From IMG/VR virus record IMGVR_UViG_3300010338_000470: a stretch of 64,000 nucleotides of DNA. One strand, written 5' to 3'. Below are positions 50,019-57,467 of this stretch, in pieces. Position 1 is the first letter of the stretch. Each line of letters starts with the position of its first letter. The notes beneath the pieces are model-generated. The model searched no databases, had not been told where the DNA came from, and worked only from the letters and a program-made list of their open reading frames with translations. This DNA is from a virus (Duplodnaviria > Caudoviricetes). The position numbers were made by a program, and so were the translations under genes.

Positions 50019-50348
50019 TCAGAAGCACTTGCCATTGAGCATGGTGTAAGCCTCGTCCGAAGAAATGCTGTAGTCAACGGCCTTGCTCAGCTCCCTCGAC
50101 GTCAGTTCGGGATAGCTGTTGAAGGTCGAGCAAACAGCGACCTGCTCATCAATGCTCAGCTCATCCCAGGTGATATCAAAGGCCACCCTGGCGATATCAG
50201 CATCAGAAACGGAAGTCTCTGGCTCCAAAACTTCCGTCCTTGTCCCCCTGTCCTCGGAGGTTCGCTCAGCCTCGTCAGCACAAGAGGCTGCAAGCAGAAG
50301 GAGAGTGACGGAAAGGATTACAGTGAATGACTTCTTGAGGTTCATCAT
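50019..50348 (-). CDS. lipoprotein
   Basis: Signal peptide with LAASC lipobox. Confidence 0.7.
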   Translation of the reverse strand: MMNLKKSFTVILSVTLLLLAASCADEAERTSEDRGTRTEVLEPETSVSDADIARVAFDITWDELSIDEQVAVCSTFNSYPELTSRELSKAVDYSISSDEAYTMLNGKCF

Positions 50349-50376
50349 GCCTGTAAGGTAACACCTGCTTCTTCAA

Positions 50377-51030
50377 CTAGCCAACACGTGGAACGGAGGC
50401 ATAGCGGTCGAGAATGGCTTGCGCCCACTCAACCAGATCTTCGACCCGCTGGCCCCGCTGGTGCGACGTGCACCACAGCTCCAGATTCTCAAGTCGATTG
50501 TCATCTCGAAGTCCATTCTTGTGATGGACGTCTTCTTCAGGCAAAAGGCACCGACCAAGGTGGCGGGCCATCACGTAGCGGTGCTCGAATACCAAGTTGT
50601 GAGGCCCTGTTGCCATGTCGATGAATGGGTCGTCCGGAATCAACCTGCGTCGGATGTACCCTTGACTGGTCTTATGGGTGCCACCCTTCCAGTTCCAGCT
50701 CTTTTCACCTTGGTACTTGCCCGCCTCGTATCCGCCTCGTCGTCGCTGGACGCCATGATTCTCCAGGACGTACCAAATTGACTTCGGGTTGGCGTCTAGG
50801 CGCTCACCGATTGAAGCTAGGGTTTCGCCAGCCTCGTAGGCATCGCAAATGTCGAGCTGCTGCGCCAGCGAGGGCTTAAAGGGTGGTCGTGTCACTCTGT
50901 GAGGCGACAGGCCAGGGATTCTCTTGCACGCCTTACAGTAGAACTGAAGCCCATCCTTGGATGCCGCCCTGCGGTGGAACTCTGAACGGGGCTTCGTCTC
51001 CCCACACTTCCTACAGCTCTTGGACTCCAT
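50377..51030 (-). CDS. HNH homing endonuclease with Zn-ribbon and HTH
   Basis: WNWKGG, EHRYVM, VHHKNGLRDDNRLENLEL. Confidence 0.9.
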   Translation of the reverse strand: MESKSCRKCGETKPRSEFHRRAASKDGLQFYCKACKRIPGLSPHRVTRPPFKPSLAQQLDICDAYEAGETLASIGERLDANPKSIWYVLENHGVQRRRGGYEAGKYQGEKSWNWKGGTHKTSQGYIRRRLIPDDPFIDMATGPHNLVFEHRYVMARHLGRCLLPEEDVHHKNGLRDDNRLENLELWCTSHQRGQRVEDLVEWAQAILDRYASVPRVG

Positions 51031-51478
51031 TCTTGGAGTCTAGCACAAGATCGGGCAAGCAGATCCCGCGCAGGTGATCCATCTCGTGCTGGATGATCCT
51101 TGCCTTCCAGCCCGTGGCCCCCTCCTGGTGTCTAACGCCTTCAACGTCAGTATAGGTCCACGCTATCTCCGTAGACCTCTCCACTGAGAACTCCTTGCCT
51201 GGAACAGAAAGACATCCCTCCCCCGCCCTAACAGTCGAGTTGGCAGAATAAAGGATCTCGGGATTCAAGGCAAGAAAGGACTCCCCGGAATCGTGAAGAT
51301 AGAAGGCCCTAATGGGCATCCCAACCTGTGGAGCGGCCACAGCAACGCCACCGAGGACGAGACAGGCAAACCGAAGGTCAAAGGCAAGCTTTTCTACATC
51401 GACAGCCTCAACATCTACTGGACTGGACTTCTCGCTCAGTATCCGATTCGGATACTTGACCACCCTCAGGACCTTCAC
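51011..51478 (-). CDS. def: peptide deformylase
   Basis: GVAVAAPQVG, EGCLS, QHEMDHL. Confidence 0.93.
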   Translation of the reverse strand: MKVLRVVKYPNRILSEKSSPVDVEAVDVEKLAFDLRFACLVLGGVAVAAPQVGMPIRAFYLHDSGESFLALNPEILYSANSTVRAGEGCLSVPGKEFSVERSTEIAWTYTDVEGVRHQEGATGWKARIIQHEMDHLRGICLPDLVLDSKNGVQEL

Positions 51479-51807
51479 GCTTCAGCCATTTCCGGGTGAC
51501 GTTCAATGAACTCGTCGTATCCGTCACGGTACTGTTCCACCGTGTTGGACACAACCCACCCCTTCTTGGTGTTAGAAAGAGACTGCATTCGAATGAAGTA
51601 AACCCTGGGCTTCCCAGGCTTTTCTTCTGTATCATCTTGGAATCGCATAGAGTGCCAGGCCCGACTCGAACGGGCATATCTTGGGTTGCAACCAAGCGCA
51701 TTGAGCCATCTCTGCCACTGGCACAAGTTGAGCCAGTTTTGCCACTTGGCTTAGGTGGCCCCACGGTCAACGACCAGAAAACCGTGAGGACTGGGCTTAT
51801 TCCCAGC

Positions 51808-51882
51808 TGGAGCGACATGGGAGAGTCGAACTCCCTTACCCGACTTGGAAGGACGGTGCATCACCAAAAATGCTTATGTCGC
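51808..51882 (-). tRNA. tRNA-Gly(TCC)
   Basis: Cloverleaf; CCA encoded. Confidence 0.88.
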
Positions 51883-51900
51883 ATGTGTCTAGCTTCTAGG

Positions 51901-52222
51901 TTAGCTTAGTTGAATGGCTACTGAGAAGTTGTGAAGGACAACGCAAAGGTAGACAAGAGAAATGACGAGTAGGCCGAAACCTATGAAGTCCGAATCCAGC
52001 TTGTACCCCGCCCAGACGATCAACCCGACTGCCAGCATCTTGATGCAGATGGCAAGCATCGGGGAGTGAATGAACAGGTCTGCAACGGGGTTGGCCTCAG
52101 ATCCACCGAAGGTAAAGACGAGGTGAGTGCTGAAAACATCCAAGATGTTCAACACTGCCAAAGTGAACCCTCTGGCCAGGATGGATTCCTGTGTTCTAGA
52201 CCTCAAGGCTTCCAACTCTACT
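51901..52222 (-). CDS. small membrane protein (DUF5658-like; start approximate)
   Basis: LNILDVFST...GGSEANP...K motif; 3 TM. Confidence 0.65.
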
Positions 52223-52233
52223 CCTTTGATGAG

Positions 52234-52315
52234 TGCGAGTGGTGGGACTCGAACCCACACATTTTTCAATAGCGGGGTTTAAATCCGCCGCGTCTGCCTA
52301 TTCCGCCACACTCGC
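52234..52315 (-). tRNA. tRNA-Leu(TAA)
   Basis: Leu D-arm GGCGGAATAGGCAGACGC; long variable arm. Confidence 0.88.
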
Positions 52316-52316
52316 T

Positions 52317-52395
52317 TGGCCCCCCCGGTAGGACTCGAACCTACAACGGACGCTGGGTAGAAGCCAGCCGCTCTAATCCATTGAGCTACGGAGGG
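52317..52395 (-). tRNA. tRNA-Arg(TCT)
   Basis: GCTGG-CTTCTAC-CCAGC. Confidence 0.88.
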
Positions 52396-52590
52396 AAGAT
52401 TCAGATTCTTCGACTAACGGCCCATCAGTAATCCCAGGTAACCTGGGGCTATGGACGACGCAACGAAAATCCAGTTCGACCACAAAATCCACTTCAGCTG
52501 CAAGTGGTCGAATGTCTGACGCCATCAAGCATCCACACTCTGGATGTCGCGATTGTTTCCTGAGCACGCAGTGAACCATACCAGCGACAC

Positions 52591-52890
52591 CTACGACTGT
52601 AGAAGATCCAAAACTTCTCCCAGGGGGGCTGCACCCACAATGCGAGCGACCTCTTGCCCTTCCTTGAGAAACAGGAGAGAGGGAACCTTCTGCACCTTGA
52701 ACCTCTTGCAAAGACCTATCTCCATCTCCGCGTTTACCTTGAACAAGGGCGTCCCAGACGTGGCCTCAGCCTCTTCCAGGACAGGATTCATGGCCTTGCA
52801 GGGCGAGCACCACTCGGCCCAGAAGTCAACCAGGACAGCGTCCTGGGTCTTGATGCTTTCATCAAATGAGTCAGAAGTAAGTTCAACCAT
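52591..52890 (-). CDS. trxA: thioredoxin
   Basis: VLVDFWAEWCSPCK. Confidence 0.92.
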   Translation of the reverse strand: MVELTSDSFDESIKTQDAVLVDFWAEWCSPCKAMNPVLEEAEATSGTPLFKVNAEMEIGLCKRFKVQKVPSLLFLKEGQEVARIVGAAPLGEVLDLLQS

Positions 52891-52966
52891 GGTGCTTGAT
52901 GCAGGAATCGAACCTGCGGCCTCTTCCGTGTCGAGGAAGCGCTCTAACCGTCTGAGCTAACCAAGC
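52890..52966 (-). tRNA. tRNA-Val(GAC)
   Basis: CTTCC-TCGACAC-GGAAG. Confidence 0.88.
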
Positions 52967-52971
52967 ATTAG

Positions 52972-53032
52972 TGGAGGAGCAAGGGAATCGAACCCTCGTA
53001 GATCGTCATCATACGTTGCCAAACGCTCCCCA
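52972..53032 (-). ncRNA. about 60-nt mini tRNA/tmRNA-like element (T-arm and acceptor only)
   Basis: TGGGGAGC...ACGAGGGTTCGATTCCCTTGCTCCTCCA. Confidence 0.5.
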
Positions 53033-53033
53033 A

Positions 53034-53397
53034 GGTGGAGGCGGAGGGAATCGAACCCTCGTCTTCCAGAGTGTACCACACGATTGTACAACCATTCCAG
53101 ATAAAGCGTTGGTCGCTTCGCAGCAAGCTGCTACCCGGACTTTCCCGAAAGTCGACGGTCTTTCCCGTTGTCAGCAGTCTTTCCAGCTGTCCTCCCCTAC
53201 TTCTGTTGCCAGGCTGTAGGAAACAGGCCCCGTGCGACCTCGCGGCTCACGTTGACTCTAGCCACTCAACCGTTAGGTCAGGCGGCTAGAGCGAACTGCT
53301 CGTTGGCGGTTCTTGTTGGTTCCCCGTTTAACGAGTCTGAGAAACTCGGGTTGAATCTAAGTGCTACAGATTCCGAAATCGAAACCTTGTCGCCCCC
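53034..53397 (-). ncRNA. ssrA: tmRNA, tag (A)ANEQFALAA
   Basis: 5' GGGGGCGACAAGGTTTCGA; 3' GGTTCGATTCCCTCCGCCTCCACC with G3:U70; tag GCC AAC GAG CAG TTC GCT CTA GCC GCC TGA. Confidence 0.95.
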
Positions 53398-53419
53398 TAG
53401 CTTCCGACAAGCGGAATAG

Positions 53420-53501
53420 TCCCCCAAGAGGGAGTCGAACCCTCACGCCCGAAGGCACCCGGTCCTAAGCCGGGCGCGTCTACCAGTTCCGCCATCGGGG
53501 G
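53420..53501 (-). tRNA. tRNA-Leu(TAG)
   Basis: Cloverleaf with long variable arm. Confidence 0.9.
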
Positions 53502-53504
53502 AAA

Positions 53505-54095
53505 TGAGTGTAGGGGAGCTAGGTTCAGGCTCCCCTGTCGCCACACTTTACCGGCCTGCTTAGACCTCGTGGCTTTGATCACACATCCAGGAACTACCCT
53601 TGGTTGTTATGGGGTTTGTGCGTATCCCCTTAGCCCCTACAGACTTCTTGGCATCAGCCCTGGCCGGGGCCTCATACCAGGGGGAGCGGAAATCTCCCCC
53701 TTCCCTTTACCAACGAACCTTACTCAAGGGTCCGTCCTGGGATATAACCCTACGTCTGTAGGTTAGCTCAGCATTTCCGTTTCACAGTTCAAAATGTGAA
53801 ATTCCCTATGCGTAGCGCTGAGCAGGCAGGGAGCACACCTCCTTGCGAGAGATGAGCTTTGCCACTCCGCTTTACCACCCCGATCACCCTGGCAAGGCTT
53901 TTCGAGGCTCTCTTTTCACATGCAGTGCCAGCCACATGCTCCCCCGGATTCCAGAGATGCTATCCCCGCTAAGGGTCCCTGGCGTCCGGTTCGTGGAGAT
54001 TTGGACCTAACGGCCCCGCAGAATCCTGGGAAGGATCCCGCGTATCGCAGGTTGCCCTGCTATCCGGTACTCCTCAACCGTCTAACTTTTCAAGT
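53505..54095 (-). ncRNA. large (about 590 nt) structured ncRNA, family unknown
   Basis: No credible ORF; many local and long-range helices; own promoter upstream. Confidence 0.65.
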
Positions 54096-54137
54096 GTCGT
54101 CCGTGGCCCCGTGGGGGCAACGGAGATAACTCTACCA
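54087..54137 (-). promoter_or_regulatory. extended -10 promoter (TGGTAGAGT), hairpin and boxA-like CACTTGAAAA
   Basis: Motifs read directly upstream of the ncRNA, tRNA-Leu and tmRNA. Confidence 0.45.
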
Positions 54138-54307
54138 TGTCAGTCTTCAACTTTCAAGCGAAGGCTCCAATGTTAGCTGCATCACCAAGGCTTGCAGCCA
54201 AACGCTCAGGGCATCCAGCATGCCGCCATCAAGTGGCGTTCCGTGCAGAAGTGGATGCACTAGGCTCAGGAGGCCCAAGGCCACCAAAAACAACTTGTAG
54301 GTTCGCA

Positions 54308-54382
54308 TGGAGCCGGTTGCAGGACTCGAACCCGCCCACACTGCTTACAAGGCAGTTGCTCTTCCTGATGAGCTAAACCGGC
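54308..54382 (-). tRNA. tRNA-Thr(TGT)
   Basis: ACTGC-CTTGTAA-GCAGT. Confidence 0.88.
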
Positions 54383-54388
54383 AAAACT

Positions 54389-54480
54389 TCCCAAGATGGG
54401 GAGGACTCGAACCTCCTCCTCCCCCCACCAAAGCTGACATGCAAGGGGGGTGTGCTTCCAATACACCACATATCCTGGGA
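54389..54480 (-). ncRNA. tRNA-like element with 19-nt anticodon loop and extended acceptor stem
   Basis: D and T arms intact; loop CTTGCATGTCAGCTTTGGT. Confidence 0.6.
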
Positions 54481-54694
54481 GCAGGTAAAGGATTTCAGAG
54501 ATGGTTCCACTGGAACATCACAATCCTCCCCCTTCCCTTACATCACAGCTAGTCCTGATTGCCTGTTGGGCCTTTAACCCAACTGGTTTCTTGTGCCTGT
54601 CAGCGTGATACAACCAGTTTTCACTGAGGTTCTTGAAAGGGTTCAGACTGGTATTTGCTCCAGTCTCCCCACCTCCTACTACCCGATACCAAAG

Positions 54695-54766
54695 CACCCT
54701 CGGAAGGACTCGAACCTTCAACTTCCTCGTTCGTAGCGAGACACTCTTCCATTGAGTTACGAGGGT
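54695..54766 (-). tRNA. tRNA-Arg(ACG)
   Basis: CTCG-CTACGAA-CGAG. Confidence 0.88.
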
Positions 54767-54771
54767 TTAAG

Positions 54772-54853
54772 CGGAGCGAGAGGGATTCGAACCCCCAACC
54801 CTTGACGGGCCACCGTTTTCAAGACGGATTGGCACCCCAATGCCGGTCGCTCC
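54772..54853 (-). tRNA. tRNA-Ser(TGA)
   Basis: Long variable arm; G73. Confidence 0.85.
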
Positions 54854-54894
54854 AAACTGGCTGTCGCCAGTCTACCTTGGCGATCTACGGTTAG

Positions 54895-54979
54895 CGGAAC
54901 ACCGAGGACTCGAACCCCACCCCTTGCGGGGCGCATTCCTTAGCAGGGAAGCGCGGCAAGCCTTACCGCTTGATGTTCC
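54895..54979 (-). tRNA. tRNA-Ser(GCT)
   Basis: Long variable arm; G73. Confidence 0.85.
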
Positions 54980-55059
54980 AGAATGAATGCGCTGCCAGCG
55001 CTTTCCGTTGTGCACCGAAGTGCATGCAGGCCGACGGGGCACCACCATAAAATCTAGGC

Positions 55060-55294
55060 TTCGATAGTCGGGGGCGATACCCATCACTGATGGGTCATCC
55101 CACACCAACTTGAAGAAATCTACACAATCATCAACAGAACGTCCCTGAAGGTACATCTCTATACACTTGTGGACGAGAGTCCCAAAGGATGCTGCTGCCG
55201 ATTGAAGTTCTACAACGTCAGGATGCTCTTGTGCCAGCTTGTACTGTAGATTGCACTCTTGAAACTTTTTGAGTAGCGACGGATTGAACTTCAC
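55060..55294 (-). pseudogene. N-terminal fragment of a PD-(D/E)XK RecB/Cas4-like exonuclease
   Basis: FNPSLLKKFQECNLQYKL...AASFGTLVHKCIE; the frame then runs into a tRNA-Ser gene with no nuclease motifs. Confidence 0.65.
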
Positions 55295-55602
55295 CAAAAA
55301 TCCCTCGCTGTGATAACTGATTCCCATCCATCGTATTCAGAAATGAGATAAGGCCCGTCAACCTCTACCACCTCTAAATCATCAGCCCCACCCGTGTGAA
55401 AGTGTTTCAAACCCAAATCAACCATCATCTGGATGATCAGATCATGGTGAGGGCCACTCCTTTGGCATAAATCCTTTGGGTTGCCACCCGACTCAATGAA
55501 GTCAATGATAGGCCGGTACTCAGCGATCTCTTTCCGCTTATCATCTGGTGCCCAGGTCGACCATCCAGCACCATAGCCTGTACTTACTAAAATCTTCGTC
55601 AC
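55291..55602 (-). CDS. conserved phage hypothetical protein (GYGAGWSTW...EYDGWE)
   Basis: Recurrent phage motif. Confidence 0.75.
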   Translation of the reverse strand: MTKILVSTGYGAGWSTWAPDDKRKEIAEYRPIIDFIESGGNPKDLCQRSGPHHDLIIQMMVDLGLKHFHTGGADDLEVVEVDGPYLISEYDGWESVITARDFW

Positions 55603-55901
55603 ATCTTCTCCAAAAGAATCAACAGAAACTGGATCTCAGCATCTGAACACTCCAACACATTCACGAGCCTAGCGAACACGTTCGCTGCCGGGAAGCGAGT
55701 CGGAGTGATCGTGATATCGAAATCACGCATGCTCCCATCCTCTAGAAGGAAGCTCAAGGAAACATCCGTTGGATACGGCTCCTCCGTTCCAGCCCATCTC
55801 TCGTTGATGTACGTCTCGCTGAATCCAAGGAAAGCCTTCTGAATCACCTCGGCAACATCACTACTGAACAGTTCCCCGTCGTGCGATAACTTGTTTCCCA
55901 T
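55599..55901 (-). CDS. hypothetical protein
   Basis: TGCTACGTT-6 nt-ATG. Confidence 0.6.
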   Translation of the reverse strand: MGNKLSHDGELFSSDVAEVIQKAFLGFSETYINERWAGTEEPYPTDVSLSFLLEDGSMRDFDITITPTRFPAANVFARLVNVLECSDAEIQFLLILLEKM

Positions 55902-55983
55902 GCCGCCAACGTAGCACCCACTTCTACGTATAGGGCAGCCCTCCCCATCCTTGAGGTCGAGAGTGGTGCTACAGAACGTTCAG

Positions 55984-56066
55984 CGGTAAGAGGAGTACTC
56001 GAAACCCATGCCTAGCGACACGATCCGTTTTCGAAACGGTCCCCAGGCCTCCTGGGTTCACTTACC
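55984..56066 (-). tRNA. tRNA-Ser(CGA)
   Basis: CCGT-TTCGAAA-ACGG; long variable arm. Confidence 0.8.
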
Positions 56067-56070
56067 GGAG

Positions 56071-56157
56071 CGGAACACCGAGGACTCGAACCCCATGCCA
56101 TTTTTCAGACACCAACTTCTTTCCAGGAAGTGCCGACGCCTAGTCGGTTGATGTTCC
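56071..56157 (-). tRNA. tRNA-Ser(GGA)
   Basis: ACTTC-CTGGAAA-GAAGT; long variable arm. Confidence 0.85.
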
Positions 56158-56231
56158 ATATGTTCGCTTCATCCTGCGCTGATACTCCCGTTGGTACTCA
56201 CGCTCTACTGCTGGATCTGAGAATGGTATGA

Positions 56232-56591
56232 TCAGGCAGCCACCCGACGACTCAAGCCGGTGGTGTCGCCACCTCGCTTGTGACGCTTGGCGTCAGCGAA
56301 GGTCCTGACCGGGTTCCTCTTACGGATAGGGCTACACCCACAGGAATCGAAAAGGCCACGTGTCGTGCCATTGTTGGTCATGACATACAGCTTCTTCCAT
56401 TGACCCTTCTGGCTCTGGCGTGGGGCTGTAAAGTCGCGGCCCATGTTGAGCCCCTGCTTCTGACACTTCAGACAACACATTGTGCCGGTCTGGGTATGCT
56501 CACCATACTGGGAGCGCGGACCTTTCCAGGCGATGCGACAATCGAAACAAGCGTAAACGCTTCGATAGTAGTTGTAACTGTAGCGGCACAT
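56232..56591 (-). CDS. Zn-binding hypothetical protein
   Basis: ACFDCR...CLKC...MGRDFTAPR; TACTGT-6 nt-ATG. Confidence 0.7.
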   Translation of the reverse strand: MCRYSYNYYRSVYACFDCRIAWKGPRSQYGEHTQTGTMCCLKCQKQGLNMGRDFTAPRQSQKGQWKKLYVMTNNGTTRGLFDSCGCSPIRKRNPVRTFADAKRHKRGGDTTGLSRRVAA

Positions 56592-56783
56592 ACCACTACA
56601 GTATCACATTCGGTTTCAGGCGATAGCCTTAACCTCCAAGACCTCCACTTCTGCCAGCTCATAATCTTCAAGCTGGCAAAGAATCCCGTATCTGATGACG
56701 GCTTCGTCAGGAGTCGAAGCCCTGACGACTATCGGCCCATTCGGGCCATCCAAATGCCATTCCATGGCTATTTCCTTTCCGGA

Positions 56784-56859
56784 TGGGGCGACTGAGGAGA
56801 TTCGAACTCCCACTAACAGGGACACAACCTATCGTGCTAGCCATTACACTACAGCCGCC
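56784..56859 (-). tRNA. tRNA-His(GTG)
   Basis: G-1, C73, loop TTGTGTC. Confidence 0.88.
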
Positions 56860-56900
56860 ATGACTGATTTTCAAAATTTGCACCTCGTACAGGTGCATCA

Positions 56901-56974
56901 TGGTCCCCTCGGAAAGAATTGAACTCTCGTAAGCAAGTTTCGAAGACTCGCCACCGGCTCCACCGGCAAGGGGA
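56901..56974 (-). tRNA. non-canonical tRNA-Arg(TCG)
   Basis: No acceptor-D connector, 5-nt D loop, 6-7 bp anticodon stem, CCA end. Confidence 0.7.
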
Positions 56975-57103
56975 TGGCCCACCTTACGCAAGGGTTTGGG
57001 CGGGTACTGGCCTGCGATCCTGAACCCACAACTCGGGTTTGGTCCTTGCGCCAGGATTCTTCAGACTTCACCAGTATCGCTGGCTGTTGAAATCTGAAGT
57101 TCG
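56975..57103 (-). ncRNA. about 130-nt structured ncRNA candidate
   Basis: CTTCAGATTTCA/TGAAGTCTGAAG stem; GCGCAAGG/CCTTGCGT possible pseudoknot. Confidence 0.45.
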
Positions 57104-57177
57104 CTGGAGTGGCAGGTCTCGAACCTGCAAATCCCTGATTCAGAGTCAGGTGGGTCTACCAGTTCCCCTACACTCCA
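57104..57177 (-). tRNA. tRNA-Gln(CTG)
   Basis: CCTGA-CTCTGAA-TCAGG; U1-A72. Confidence 0.88.
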
Positions 57178-57178
57178 A

Positions 57179-57465
57179 TGGCCCCTGCTTGCCTCCGGGG
57201 CGGATGGCCGCAGAAGAAGGTCCTGGGGCCGGTCTCCTAAACCCCAGGACCCTCTCTGCACGATGAGCCTAAGTGGCGATGGCCACTTGGTGCATTTAGC
57301 GCCACAGGCCCAAGCCTGTAGGTCCAAGCCAAGTCATATCTAGCTTCCTTGGCCTATGGGGATACCGCTAGCCCCAAAGGAGCGACAAGCACTCCTCTTA
57401 GCGGAAACCAATCCTAGCTGGTTGGCCAGGGAGTTCCTGGACTTGCTTGGATTCGGTTCCCACGA
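57179..57465 (-). ncRNA. about 290-nt structured ncRNA candidate
   Basis: Nested helices TCCAAGC/GCTTGGA, AAGTC/GACTT, GGTCCTGGGG/CCCCAGGACC, AAGTGGC/GCCACTT. Confidence 0.55.
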
Positions 57466-57467
57466 AC

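Noticed and set aside
4200-52000. Many + strand ORFs in the ORF track
   Set aside because: Shadow frames antisense to well-supported - strand genes, with no motifs or start signals (44601-44792 is the exception)
52234-52315. Ochre suppressor (TTA) and stop-codon recoding
   Set aside because: Loop register gives TAA on a Leu body; TAG, TGA and TAA all end conserved genes at the expected positions
54893-56095. 27-bp direct repeat as attL/attR of an integrated element
   Set aside because: Both copies are 3' ends of complete tRNA-Ser paralogues, and no integrase lies between them
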